48,980 nucleotides of DNA. Origin: a phage. Position 1 is the first letter of the stretch, and every line of letters starts with the position of its first letter. The translations under genes were made by a program, and so were the position numbers. A model generated the notes under the pieces. That model made no database searches and had not been told where the DNA came from. It saw only the letters and a program-made list of their open reading frames with translations. This document shows positions 29,914-39,105 of this stretch, one piece after another. The DNA is taken from sequence record NC_105619.1; one strand, 5' to 3'.

Positions 29914-30627
29914 ATGAAAGACTTCAATGATATTGAAACCATCGACTTTGCAGAGACTGGTTGCTCATTCACTCGCGAAGCAATAGCATCAGGCGGTTAT
30001 TATCAGTCGCTAAAAACGCCAACATGCAAAGAGATTTCAGGTCGTAGATATAAGGGAACAAATACCCCTGACGCAGTTCGTGATTTATGGTCAACTCCAC
30101 GAGAGGTTATTGCATACCTTGAGGGGCGCTATGGAAAATATGATCTCGACGCTGCGGCAAGTGAAGAAAATAAAGTTTGCGAGAAGTTCTATTCTCAGGA
30201 AACAAACTGCTTAAAACGTTGGTGGGGTAAAAATAAGCATGTGTGGTTAAATCCTCCTTATAGTCGACCTGATATATTCGCCAAGAAGGCGATCGAGCAA
30301 ATGGAGCACAACAATCAGATTGATATTCTGTTGCCTGCTGATAACTCTACAGCGTGGTTTACTGAGGCACGACAGCACGCGGCTGATATTATCTGGATTG
30401 AAGCGGATTTGACTGAGGATATCGACGGGAATGAGTACGCACGTTCAGGTCGTCTGGCTTTCATATCCGGTGAAACTGGAAAAGCCGTAGACGGCAACAA
30501 CAAAGGTTCGGTTATTTTTATTATGCGCGAACTTAAAGAAGGTGAGACGCAACAGACTCACTACATCCCAATCACAAGCATTTGCCCTTCAGTTAAAAAC
30601 AAGCGCGCAAAATTAAGGAAAGTATGA
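29914..30627 (+). CDS. dam: DNA N6-adenine methyltransferase (Dam-like)
   Basis: 237 aa with NPPY motif ..WLNPPYSRPD.. Confidence 0.8.
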   Translation: MKDFNDIETIDFAETGCSFTREAIASGGYYQSLKTPTCKEISGRRYKGTNTPDAVRDLWSTPREVIAYLEGRYGKYDLDAAASEENKVCEKFYSQETNCLKRWWGKNKHVWLNPPYSRPDIFAKKAIEQMEHNNQIDILLPADNSTAWFTEARQHAADIIWIEADLTEDIDGNEYARSGRLAFISGETGKAVDGNNKGSVIFIMRELKEGETQQTHYIPITSICPSVKNKRAKLRKV

Positions 30628-30875
30628 TGAACGAGAAAATGATTCCTGTTAAGTTAACTGATCAAGGTTTATGGCTGCTTTATCGAGCTACGTGCTGCGA
30701 AATTATGGAGCGAAACGGATTGACTCAGGATGTTATTGGTTGCGATCTGTGGGAGTTCACTAGTTCCCTTGATATGTCTTTCGATGAGATAAAAAATGAA
30801 CATATCGAGACTTGGCCTTCAATTATCCAGAAAGACGTAGAGGAACTTAAAGCAGATACGATCGTTCAGCACTAA
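30624..30875 (+). CDS. hypothetical protein
   Basis: Overlapping start with dam stop. Confidence 0.4.
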   Translation: MMNEKMIPVKLTDQGLWLLYRATCCEIMERNGLTQDVIGCDLWEFTSSLDMSFDEIKNEHIETWPSIIQKDVEELKADTIVQH

Positions 30876-30909
30876 TTGCTAAAAATACCCGGCGAAAGTC
30901 GGGTATAGT
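30868..30909 (+). promoter_or_regulatory. early promoter module
   Basis: AGCACTAATTGCTAAAAA + 22 nt (containing ACCCGGC-GAAA-GTCGGGT hairpin) + TATAGT. Confidence 0.5.
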
Positions 30910-30941
30910 TATTTCATCGAGACAAGATGAGGAATCAGAAG

Positions 30942-31151
30942 ATGGCACGCATTAACGCAAACTTTTTCAATATCGCTCAACAGTCAGCAAAAATGGCTGT
31001 TCATATCACCAACAAGAAAGGCGGTAACTTTGATTGGGATATTGCTATGAACTTCCTTAAAATGGCTTATTACCTATGCTCAGTCAAAGATGTTGAGTGT
31101 TTTATTGAAAGTGTGGAGAAACTAACTAATGCTGATAAAAAAACAAGGTAA
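30942..31151 (+). CDS. hypothetical protein
   Basis: Start at second ATG after RBS GAGGAA. Confidence 0.35.
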   Translation: MARINANFFNIAQQSAKMAVHITNKKGGNFDWDIAMNFLKMAYYLCSVKDVECFIESVEKLTNADKKTR

Positions 31152-31401
31152 ACGAGAAGTTTGGGAGCACGCGAAGGAATGCGGAATCTCAGACGATATA
31201 GCACTAATAGCAAAATATTTCGATATAAAGGATGTTAGCATTATCTCAAACGGAAAGATTTCATTTATGGAAGATATGCCGAGAAAAATGCATAGAGTGC
31301 CAGCCACACCATCACTTGAGTTTTATCGTGAAGAAGGAAAGAGAATTGAGCGAGAGCGAAAAAACGCAAAGAACAACAAGCCTTCCAGGCTTAAATATTA
31401 A
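31129..31401 (+). CDS. hypothetical protein (frame switches to +1 near A6 tract, see findings)
   Basis: Charged protein-like ORF; downstream coding potential continues in +1 frame to 31633. Confidence 0.3.
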   Translation: MLIKKQGKREVWEHAKECGISDDIALIAKYFDIKDVSIISNGKISFMEDMPRKMHRVPATPSLEFYREEGKRIERERKNAKNNKPSRLKY

Positions 31402-31711
31402 CTCAGATGACTACCAGACTATATGGATTGGGAAGAAGAAGGTTAAGCAAATCCATTTCTCTGACTGGTTGCCACCTGACTTTGTTAATGTGCTTTGCAC
31501 TATCGGCATTGAGCAGGAGTTGCATATAGGTTACTACTCACCAGGCCGAAACAGTATGATGCTTGAGGTTGACGGAAAACTTGTTGAGTTTAAATCTTCG
31601 GATCTAGGATTCTGGTTAAAGGCTGTGGCATGAAACTTTATTTTGCTGTAGTATTAACACCGCTAATTTCATTTTCAGTAATGTATTTCATTATCATGTA
31701 AGGATTAAAAT

Positions 31712-32863
31712 ATGTCACAAGCTAAAATCACCACCGAGCAACTTATTGAAGAGCGCATGAGCGGCCTAACACTTCGCGAAATCGCGGAAAAATACGGTAT
31801 GCACATTCGCACTGTTGAAGCGCGCCACGCAAAATTGGCAAAAGAAGGCCACTTCCACGGCAACGAGCATGTTGCTAAGAACGTACCTGAAGGATTCATG
31901 GTAAAAGGTACATCAACGATGATTCGCGGCGATGGGACCGAGGTAGTGCGCTGGGTAAAAACCGATCAGGACCGTGAGAAGATTGCGGCAATGATGGAAG
32001 CGGCGCGTATTGCATTCTGTGAAGACCTGCCGCGAGCAAAGCCAACCGAGCTACTAACCTCGCAAGGGCTTACGACAGCGATGGGTAAGCTGGCACTCTA
32101 TCCGGTATTCGACCTGCACATTGGTGCGCTTGCTCATAAGCATGAATGCGGAGAGAACTACTCTACCGATGTAGCGGAAAAAGTGCTGAGTGACTTCTTT
32201 AATTACGCGATCGATATTGCTCCGAACGCAGAGAAGGCTGTTCTGTTAATCGGCGGTGACTTCCTTCACTCTGACGGTCTTGACGCTGTTACACCAGCAA
32301 GCGGTCACGTTCTGGATCAGGATTCACGATACGCAAAATTGGTGCATGTTGCGATTCGTTCTGTGCGTCGCGCTATCGACAAAATGCTTATGAAACACAA
32401 GGAAGTCGAGGTTCAGATTATTGAAGGTAACCACGACCAGGCCGGGATGATTTGGCTACGTGCTGCAATGTCGGCATATTATGAAGACGAGCCTCGAGTA
32501 TTCGTTGACGTTAGCCCTATGATTCTGCATAAGACTCGATGGGGAAACACCTTATTGGGATACACTCACGGGCACACTATGAAAAAGGCAGACACGCGAC
32601 TTGCAGCGATGGCGGCAGACTTCCGTGCAGACTTCGGAGAGAGCAAGTATGTGTATACTCATAGCGGTCACTGGCATCATCAGACAATCACTGAACACTC
32701 GTTAGGTATCGATGAGGTTCACGGTCAGTTAGGAGCTAAGGATGCATACGCCGCGCGCGGCGGGTGGCGCTCATATCGTCAGGCGGCGGTAATCGTTTAC
32801 GACAAGCAATTTGGTGAGATAGGTCGATTCATCTACCGTCCAGAAATGACAGGATCGCACTAA
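31712..32863 (+). CDS. metallophosphoesterase with N-terminal HTH domain
   Basis: MPP motifs D-x-H (VFDLHIG), GD (IGGDFLHSDG), GNHD (IIEGNHDQ), HGH, HSGHWHH; N-terminal ..LTLREIAEKYGMHIRTVEARHAKL.. HTH. Confidence 0.65.
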   Translation: MSQAKITTEQLIEERMSGLTLREIAEKYGMHIRTVEARHAKLAKEGHFHGNEHVAKNVPEGFMVKGTSTMIRGDGTEVVRWVKTDQDREKIAAMMEAARIAFCEDLPRAKPTELLTSQGLTTAMGKLALYPVFDLHIGALAHKHECGENYSTDVAEKVLSDFFNYAIDIAPNAEKAVLLIGGDFLHSDGLDAVTPASGHVLDQDSRYAKLVHVAIRSVRRAIDKMLMKHKEVEVQIIEGNHDQAGMIWLRAAMSAYYEDEPRVFVDVSPMILHKTRWGNTLLGYTHGHTMKKADTRLAAMAADFRADFGESKYVYTHSGHWHHQTITEHSLGIDEVHGQLGAKDAYAARGGWRSYRQAAVIVYDKQFGEIGRFIYRPEMTGSH

Positions 32864-32897
32864 TTGATAAAAACGCCCGAAGGGATTCGGGTATAGT
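32855..32897 (+). promoter_or_regulatory. early promoter module
   Basis: CGCACTAATTGATAAAAAC + 22 nt (CCCGAA-GGGA-TTCGGG hairpin) + TATAGT. Confidence 0.5.
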
Positions 32898-32928
32898 AAC
32901 CACATCAAAAACAAAGAGGCTACATATC

Positions 32929-33105
32929 ATGAAACGAGTTAAGTGCATCCGAAATGACTCCAAAACACTTCCATTCCGCGTAAATCAGATCTATAGTGTT
33001 GGTTATGATTTCGGTGGTGGATTGTTTGAGATTTACGACGGCCGAGGCTCAGTAATCCAAGCACCTCTGAATTGTTACTACCTGGAATTTATTGATATAA
33101 ATTAA
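32929..33105 (+). CDS. hypothetical small protein (58 aa)
   Basis: ATG after RBS AAGAGG downstream of promoter module; below track length cutoff. Confidence 0.35.
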   Translation: MKRVKCIRNDSKTLPFRVNQIYSVGYDFGGGLFEIYDGRGSVIQAPLNCYYLEFIDIN

Positions 33106-33127
33106 CAATATCATTCATCACCTTACA

Positions 33128-33157
33128 GGCTGGCATGATTTACATGCTGGCCTTTTT
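33128..33157 (+). terminator. putative terminator
   Basis: GGCTGGCATG-attta-CATGCTGGCC imperfect hairpin followed by TTTTT. Confidence 0.45.
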
Positions 33158-33224
33158 GCGTTGTATCAAGTAAATTTGAAGGTTAAAATCGACTCACTTG
33201 TTCAAAAAAATATATGGTGAGATT

Positions 33225-33440
33225 ATGAAAGAATTTTTAACAGCAGCCACGTCAAGCACGGGCGGTGCTTCGTTGGTAGGGGCGGCGACAGGTCAACTTT
33301 ATATTGCTGGCGCTACATTCATTTGCTTTCTGCTTTTTGGCACTTGGGGAGCGTACTGGAAGTATCGTGATAGCAAGGCAATTCAGGAAGCGTTAAACGA
33401 TGGCGATCTAAATAAGGCGCTTAAGATCAGGGGGAGATAA
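33225..33440 (+). CDS. holin (putative)
   Basis: 71 aa, hydrophobic segment ..[21 protein letters not shown].., charged C-terminus, stop overlaps lysozyme ATG (TAATG). Confidence 0.55.
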   Translation: MKEFLTAATSSTGGASLVGAATGQLYIAGATFICFLLFGTWGAYWKYRDSKAIQEALNDGDLNKALKIRGR

Positions 33441-33928
33441 TGAGTTTAAAAAATAACGTTATAGGCGCATCGATCGGGGCAGCTTTGACGTTGACGCCTA
33501 CCCTACTGGAACGAATCGAAGGTATAGAATACGAGGTTTATTACGATATCGCCGGAGTCCCTACCGTATGCAGCGGAATAACCGGGCCGGACGTCATACC
33601 TGGTAAGAAATACACTAAGCGAGAATGCGATGCTTTGTTGATAAAACATATCGGCGTTGCTCAGAGATACGTAGACAAAAAGGTGAATGTTGATATTCCG
33701 GTAACGATGCGCGCGTCATTGTATAGCTTCACTTTCAACGTTGGTACTGGCGCGTTCGGATCTTCTACAATGCTTAAGCTAATAAATCAGAGTAAGCACA
33801 GGGAAGCGTGCAATCAGTTATGGCGATGGGTATACTACTACAACCCAAAAACCAAAAAGCGCGAAGTGTCTAGAGGACTCAAGAACAGACGCGCTGAAGA
33901 GTACGCATATTGCGTTAAGGAATTATGA
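33440..33928 (+). CDS. endolysin (T4-lysozyme-type muramidase, possibly SAR-anchored)
   Basis: Catalytic spacing E-8-D-5-T in ..[20 protein letters not shown]..; weakly hydrophobic Gly/Ala-rich N-terminus. Confidence 0.8.
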   Translation: MSLKNNVIGASIGAALTLTPTLLERIEGIEYEVYYDIAGVPTVCSGITGPDVIPGKKYTKRECDALLIKHIGVAQRYVDKKVNVDIPVTMRASLYSFTFNVGTGAFGSSTMLKLINQSKHREACNQLWRWVYYYNPKTKKREVSRGLKNRRAEEYAYCVKEL

Positions 33929-34329
33929 TGAAACTGAAGAAAACGTGCATTGCGATTGTAGTGGCTGTTGGTGTTATTTCTCTATCAGGTTGCTCGGCGG
34001 CATCTGCCCTGAGCGGTTTAATCGGATCTAAACCTGAAGTTACAGCACAGATTGGAGAGGAGAACACAAAGCAATTAGCAGGAGTAACCGCAAAATCCGA
34101 AGATAAGCGAGATGTTAAAGTTGAAAAGTCCAATGTAGGAAAGGTTGACTCTTCCGTGAAGAAGTCAATTGAGGTGTCAACCATTAAGGCCAACACGGTT
34201 AACGCTGAAAGCATCACTGTGACTAAGCCTGGGAACTGGTATGATCCTATAGTTGGTTGGACCCTCGTTCTCATTGGTCTGTTGCTGGTTTATTTTTCAA
34301 TTCGTAAGGGCGAAAAAAAGGAGGCTTAG
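33925..34329 (+). CDS. unimolecular spanin
   Basis: N-terminal lipoprotein signal with lipobox LSGC plus C-terminal transmembrane segment ..[18 protein letters not shown].. Confidence 0.7.
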   Translation: MMKLKKTCIAIVVAVGVISLSGCSAASALSGLIGSKPEVTAQIGEENTKQLAGVTAKSEDKRDVKVEKSNVGKVDSSVKKSIEVSTIKANTVNAESITVTKPGNWYDPIVGWTLVLIGLLLVYFSIRKGEKKEA

Positions 34330-34450
34330 CCTCCTTTCTTATTTGTACCTTTTTACATTGAGGAGTAATTCACCCTCCTGATCGCAAAGATTGTGCTCAC
34401 TGTCGTTATTTGCCCTCATAGAAGTAAGCAATAGACTGAGCAATCCTTGT

Positions 34451-34858
34451 TCAAATTCTTCTTTCGTAAGCTGGAGTCTTGCGCACAATTCGACGTTCCG
34501 ATCTATCAACGTTTCTACGTTCGCCAAACAATTCCTCATCACTCATTTCTCCAATGTGCATCATTTCCCACGTATATCGATTATTGTAGCCATCAATACA
34601 CATCAGCTTCATCATTACCGGGCGCTTAATCTTTCCCTTGCACCAGTAAAATCCATCCTTACGATCCAAGTAACCATCAGTAACGCAACGAGCGCAAAAC
34701 TCCTTAGATAGCGCGCTTGTAAATTCACGGCGAGTCATTCCGGCGGCCTTAGAGAATCGCTCACTTTCCTTGTGGGCGTATATAAATTTCGCTATGTGCT
34801 GCCGAGTGTATTTGTCGTAACCTTCGCAGAACCTGAACAGATCTAAAAGAAGAAGCAT
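34451..34858 (-). CDS. hypothetical protein
   Basis: ORF immediately downstream of 34863..36431. Confidence 0.4.
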   Translation of the reverse strand: MLLLLDLFRFCEGYDKYTRQHIAKFIYAHKESERFSKAAGMTRREFTSALSKEFCARCVTDGYLDRKDGFYWCKGKIKRPVMMKLMCIDGYNNRYTWEMMHIGEMSDEELFGERRNVDRSERRIVRKTPAYERRI

Positions 34859-34862
34859 ATTT

Positions 34863-36431
34863 TTAACCCATCAGTCGAGGATTGATGAAAACAATATCAT
34901 CAATACGGCAAGTGTAGTTCATCTCTTCGAGCGTAATCAGAAGGCTGTCGATTCGCTCAGATACTTTCTGTTGACCGTTGAACGGCGTAACGTTCCGGCA
35001 CTTTGCAACAATACTATGAATAGGTGCGCGCCCTTTGTTCTTCTTTGCGATCTCAGTGATAACATCAATCAGCTTACGAGATTCAGCCTCATCACCAGCA
35101 TACCCGGCAGCGCTGGCAGACGACAGATAAGTTCTGGAAAGCTCATTGAAAATCATGATAGCTTCCTGCATTGTTTCAAGGTCAATCTCACGGTTGGAAC
35201 GGTTCGGTGATTCACCCTCCCAATTCTTGATCGTGTGTAGAACTGAAGCAATACGCAAAGCGTGCTTATCGAACTTGCCGAGATGACCGCGTAGCATTGA
35301 GTGAGAGTATTTCCCCCCTGCGGCGAAATCAGGCTCCATCGCCTGGCGTGCAAGGTTTAATTCACGCATAGCATTACGGCTCACAGAGAGAACAACGTTG
35401 TCCTCCTTCATGATGTTGTGCACTAGTCTGTAATATTTGCTAACCAGTCCGCGATCGACTTCTTTATACAGTGCATCACCATTTTCATCACAAAGAATAC
35501 GAGTACCTAAAAGCGGTTCCTCTCGAACCAGGAGGAAACGCTCAGATACACCGATACCGCGCTGGCCTGCGTCCATGATACCCTTGATTGTTTCATCCTG
35601 AGCAATTACGCAGATTGAACCGACAGGACACAGAGACAAGTTATTGTCCTGGTTTGAACGAGCAACCTCCATATGGTTTTTATCCCACGCCTTAAGGATA
35701 AGCTCACTGTTAGATTTCTTATCTGAACCGCCATACGTAAGCCCGAGCAATGTATTGATTGCCGTTGCCTCGTCAGATATTACGGAAAAGTGACCTTGCA
35801 CTGCCGCCACTTTCGCAAGACCTTCAGGTGTAGGATCTGATACCGCGAAAACAATATCAGCCATCTTCTTGATCTTCTCTTCCAGTTTTTCTTTGTCCTC
35901 GTACAGAGCCGCCGTAGTGTTGCCTTTAGGATCGTTCTTGATTTCCTTCTCAACCTGACGTAGCTGACTGGTTAAACGGATACGTTCCTTTTTGCGCTCT
36001 TCATTCAGTCGCTGAATCTCCGCACGCATAGGTGTAATCGCCGCTGAGTTAATCGCGGACTTACCTGTTGATGGTGGCTGGCTGATTACCATGTAAAGCG
36101 CTGTCGGCTGTTCCTCTCCGTGATATTGCACCCAAAACTTCCCGAGCATCGCTGCTGAGATGCAACCGATAAAATGAGCATACGCGGATGAAACCGGGAA
36201 CTGGACTGATTCAGCTTTTGCTTTTGCATATTCGAATACCAGGTTATCGCCACCTAACGAAATCAGAGGGAACTTATCGTTTCCGCTGTTGATATCGATC
36301 GGATCTTGCCAAAAAGAAACTGAATCCCCGTAACTGTTTTCACGAATTGCGATCGCCACCGGATTCACTCCAGTGCTATTTGCGATCTCAATAATTTGTT
36401 GGTAATTCAGTTTTGGCTTAATGTTAAACAT
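34863..36431 (-). CDS. hypothetical protein, possible P-loop-like ATPase
   Basis: Start at internal ATG (residue 22) with RBS AAGGAG; segment ..ISQPPSTGKSA.. loosely Walker-A-like. Confidence 0.45.
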   Translation of the reverse strand: MFNIKPKLNYQQIIEIANSTGVNPVAIAIRENSYGDSVSFWQDPIDINSGNDKFPLISLGGDNLVFEYAKAKAESVQFPVSSAYAHFIGCISAAMLGKFWVQYHGEEQPTALYMVISQPPSTGKSAINSAAITPMRAEIQRLNEERKKERIRLTSQLRQVEKEIKNDPKGNTTAALYEDKEKLEEKIKKMADIVFAVSDPTPEGLAKVAAVQGHFSVISDEATAINTLLGLTYGGSDKKSNSELILKAWDKNHMEVARSNQDNNLSLCPVGSICVIAQDETIKGIMDAGQRGIGVSERFLLVREEPLLGTRILCDENGDALYKEVDRGLVSKYYRLVHNIMKEDNVVLSVSRNAMRELNLARQAMEPDFAAGGKYSHSMLRGHLGKFDKHALRIASVLHTIKNWEGESPNRSNREIDLETMQEAIMIFNELSRTYLSSASAAGYAGDEAESRKLIDVITEIAKKNKGRAPIHSIVAKCRNVTPFNGQQKVSERIDSLLITLEEMNYTCRIDDIVFINPRLMG

Positions 36432-36460
36432 CACAATAAACTCCTTAGTTGACGGTGTGA

Positions 36461-36505
36461 ATGATACACCGCCAATGTTACACGCGTTTTGCAAAAAGTG
36501 CTATT
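36461..36505 (-). promoter_or_regulatory. early promoter module (minus strand)
   Basis: AATAGCACTTTTTGCAAAAC + 22 nt + TATCAT; arms GGTGT/ACACC flank -10. Confidence 0.5.
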
Positions 36506-36507
36506 GG

Positions 36508-36933
36508 TTATAAGTATTTGGCCTCAAAGGTTGTGCCGTCAGCAATACTAAAACCAACCTCTTCGCGGAATAATATCCAGCGGCAACCGTCCTCATCAAA
36601 GATGTAACCAGCTACGCCACCGAGAGCGCGACCGCTTTCAACCTGGTAACGCTTGCCAACTTTGAATGATTTTTTCATTGGGTTGCGATGGTCAAGCCCG
36701 GTACACTTGAGTGTTTTGGTTTTAAGTTCAGTGAATTTTGCGAAGAAGATTTCATCAGATCCGTGAATCTGTAATTCATCGTGCTTATCAAGTTTTAAAT
36801 ACTTACCGCACTTTAACTTAACCTCACGAGTGCCATCGTAGCGCTCTCGACCTTTGTACAGGTTGTTAACTTCAAATCCTGTGATTTTGTCTGCTGAATT
36901 GCATTTAAGTTTGATGGATTTCATTGCGTTCAC
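36508..36933 (-). CDS. hypothetical protein
   Basis: ORF with conserved RBS context AACCAATCAGGAG. Confidence 0.45.
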   Translation of the reverse strand: MNAMKSIKLKCNSADKITGFEVNNLYKGRERYDGTREVKLKCGKYLKLDKHDELQIHGSDEIFFAKFTELKTKTLKCTGLDHRNPMKKSFKVGKRYQVESGRALGGVAGYIFDEDGCRWILFREEVGFSIADGTTFEAKYL

Positions 36934-36960
36934 TCCTGATTGGTTATCTTGAATAAGGCC

Positions 36961-37005
36961 ACTTTATCAAATGACCTTACGGCAATATTAACAAATCGTG
37001 CTATT
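36961..37005 (-). promoter_or_regulatory. early promoter module (minus strand)
   Basis: AATAGCACGATTTGTTAATA + 22 nt + TAAAGT; near-duplicate of module at 43568. Confidence 0.45.
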
Positions 37006-37220
37006 TACCAGGGAATATAATCGTCGTCGTCATTATCACCAATATCATCGCCGGGCATCTCGAAGTCGGGATTATATTCACTTTCTGCGTCCATATCCAT
37101 ATTCCCTAGTGCGTCGTCAAGCGTAATTTCTTTATATGCAACCTTGATACACCATTCCGCACTAAGCCCGGCATCTAGCGCGGCAAAATAACGAGTCCAG
37201 AAATTATCCTGTTACATTAA

Positions 37221-37445
37221 TTAGCTCCATGAATTAATGTAAATCGAGTTAGCCTCAAGCGTTGCGCGAACATCCGCATCTGTTGCATTTACTAAGCGCG
37301 ATCCTGGTGTGCTGCCAATAACGTTATTACCGCTCCGAGCCTTAGTTACCGTCATTGAAACAAAACCGGAAGACTTATCCATTTTGATAACTACACGTCC
37401 TTTCGCGTTCAGATGCTTGATGATATTCTCAACTTTAATACTCAT
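37221..37445 (-). CDS. hypothetical protein
   Basis: 74-aa ORF downstream of promoter module 37479-37525. Confidence 0.4.
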   Translation of the reverse strand: MSIKVENIIKHLNAKGRVVIKMDKSSGFVSMTVTKARSGNNVIGSTPGSRLVNATDADVRATLEANSIYINSWS

Positions 37446-37478
37446 TTTTAATTCCTTTATTTCGTTTGGTGTGGGAGT

Positions 37479-37525
37479 AATATACCTTACTCCCTATTTA
37501 TTGTCTTTAGCAATTAGTGCTATCA
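37479..37525 (-). promoter_or_regulatory. early promoter module (minus strand)
   Basis: GATAGCACTAATTGCTAAAG + ~23 nt + TATATT; arms GGGAGTA/TACTCCC flank -10. Confidence 0.45.
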
Positions 37526-37666
37526 GTACTCGGAAATTACTTTACACTCTTTGATTGTTCCACCTAGAACTACTCTCTGCATCATTGCTTGTTGATGGCT
37601 ATCGTAAACGCGAACATTTTTTACGCTGTTAAATTTGCCAGTATAGAAAGTGTGAATATAAATCAT
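37523..37666 (-). CDS. hypothetical small protein (47 aa), translationally coupled (ATGA overlap)
   Basis: ATG overlaps TGA stop of upstream gene; below track cutoff. Confidence 0.25.
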   Translation of the reverse strand: MIYIHTFYTGKFNSVKNVRVYDSHQQAMMQRVVLGGTIKECKVISEY

Positions 37667-37983
37667 TTTTTACCGTCCCATGTTTGATACGCCGTCACAA
37701 GGTTAATGCTATGGTCGAACTCGTCAATGCTAAGCGATCCGATTCGAACCAGTTCTTTATCATGCTTAATATCGATCATCCGGCTATATGGATGACCTGG
37801 CACGTATTTGAACAGTCGCTTGCTGTCGGCGATATCAGCGTTGATTCCGTAGAACCGACCTACTGCCGCCTTAACGCGCTCCATGATGTTTTTTTCGTGG
37901 ATTGCTGCCGCGTTATTCAGTGCCGCAACCGTGCTTCCGTTAATCTTCGGTGACTTCGTTGTGATTTTGTAAGTGTGGTTCAT
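37663..37983 (-). CDS. hypothetical protein
   Basis: Start at internal ATG (residue 20) with RBS AGGGGGAA. Confidence 0.4.
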   Translation of the reverse strand: MNHTYKITTKSPKINGSTVAALNNAAAIHEKNIMERVKAAVGRFYGINADIADSKRLFKYVPGHPYSRMIDIKHDKELVRIGSLSIDEFDHSINLVTAYQTWDGKK

Positions 37984-38200
37984 TATTCCCCCTAACCAGT
38001 CGGGATAGCTTTCGCGCTTCATCAATGATAACAGGTTCAAACCGTTCGAGTCGAACGCGGAACGCGTTCATAAATCCTTCGTTATTCTTCAGTAGTTCGA
38101 ATGCGTCTGTGGCTTCAATGGCGCTATTCCCCATGTAGGCAACTACGCTCTTTTGCGTTTTGCGTGAGATCGCAACTACGCGGTAAATATTATCATTCAT
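37940..38200 (-). CDS. hypothetical protein
   Basis: Start at internal ATG (residue 7) with RBS AGGAGG. Confidence 0.4.
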   Translation of the reverse strand: MNDNIYRVVAISRKTQKSVVAYMGNSAIEATDAFELLKNNEGFMNAFRVRLERFEPVIIDEARKLSRLVRGNNEPHLQNHNEVTED

Positions 38201-38564
38201 GCAATGCCTCCTTAACACGATCCGCTACACATGAGTTGACGGTGATTGAATAGTTAGCAACTCCCCACAGTGCAATATTGCCTAACTCAGTACGCATAGA
38301 TGGGTTGTTTAGCTGGATGATTACCTCTCCAGTGTCTTTATCGACGAAACTAGACACACCCAAACGGTCCACCACGCGCGTTACGCGGTTAACGCACTCC
38401 ATTGCATCACTTACACCATAATAAGCACTTAGAGCGGCTCTCACGGCCTTCTCTTGCTTGTTGTAAATCTTGCGCGCGATGTTCTCGATCGCTACGCTTT
38501 CTTTCTCGTCAGTCTGGATTGCCGTGCTGGCTGAGAAGTCCAGATCAGTGAATTGCTGAAACAT
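38193..38564 (-). CDS. hypothetical protein
   Basis: Start at internal ATG (residue 16) with RBS GAGGAA. Confidence 0.4.
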   Translation of the reverse strand: MFQQFTDLDFSASTAIQTDEKESVAIENIARKIYNKQEKAVRAALSAYYGVSDAMECVNRVTRVVDRLGVSSFVDKDTGEVIIQLNNPSMRTELGNIALWGVANYSITVNSCVADRVKEALHE

Positions 38565-38595
38565 GATTATTTCCTCGCTTGCTGTTGATGGGATA

Positions 38596-38640
38596 ACTAT
38601 ACCAGCCATCTAGGGCGTGCGTTTAACAAAAAGTGCTATT
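38596..38640 (-). promoter_or_regulatory. early promoter module (minus strand)
   Basis: AATAGCACTTTTTGTTAAAC + 22 nt + TATAGT; arms GATGG/CCATC flank -10. Confidence 0.5.
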
Positions 38641-38825
38641 TAGAATTTTACATCTTCAACAAGCTCAACCATTTTGTACCCCAGGCGATAGGAGTCGCCG
38701 AGCAACAACAGACCCATAAATTCATCGTTGGTTATTGACTCCTTGCCAACAGTTTTAAGCTCTCCGTTGTGAATCACGGTATCGCCGATCTTGATTTCTG
38801 ATTTATGAACTAATTTTGTTTTCAT
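38640..38825 (-). CDS. hypothetical small protein
   Basis: 61-aa ORF. Confidence 0.4.
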   Translation of the reverse strand: MKTKLVHKSEIKIGDTVIHNGELKTVGKESITNDEFMGLLLLGDSYRLGYKMVELVEDVKF

Positions 38826-38840
38826 TTTCTGGCCTGTTAA

Positions 38841-39027
38841 TTAGAAGAAAGATACGTAATTTGCAACACCTTTAGCGTCGTCGTTAGGCATTGCCTTGAC
38901 AGCAAGATCATAACCAGCCTCGACCTTATGCTTTGCTGACTCTTCGTTGTGCCCCCCAAATAACCAGGATCTTAACTACGTTTTCTTTGTTCAGAACTTT
39001 AAGATCTTTAGTGATGCGACGTGCCAT
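38841..39027 (-). pseudogene. small gene interrupted by frame change at C6/G6 homopolymer (38952-38957)
   Basis: ATG with RBS GAGGAAAAAC; protein-like frame MARRITKDLKVLNKENVVKILVIWG.. continues in the other frame ..HNEESAKHKVEAGYDLAVKAMPNDDAKGVANYVSFF after the G6 run. Confidence 0.3.
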
Positions 39028-39060
39028 TTTGTTTTTCCTCAATCTCGTTTCGATGAGGTA

Positions 39061-39105
39061 ATTATGCCAAATCACACCGATCGAGTTTTAACAAAAAGTG
39101 CTATC
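39061..39105 (-). promoter_or_regulatory. early promoter module (minus strand)
   Basis: GATAGCACTTTTTGTTAAAAC + 22 nt + CATAAT; arms TCGAT/ATCGA flank -10. Confidence 0.5.

Noticed and set aside
34339-34711. Track ORFs 34339..34542 (-), 34391..34711 (+) and 34447..34629 (+) between spanin and the leftward block
   Set aside because: Overlap the better-supported minus-strand ORF 34451..34858 and lack RBS; kept only the longest consistent frame.
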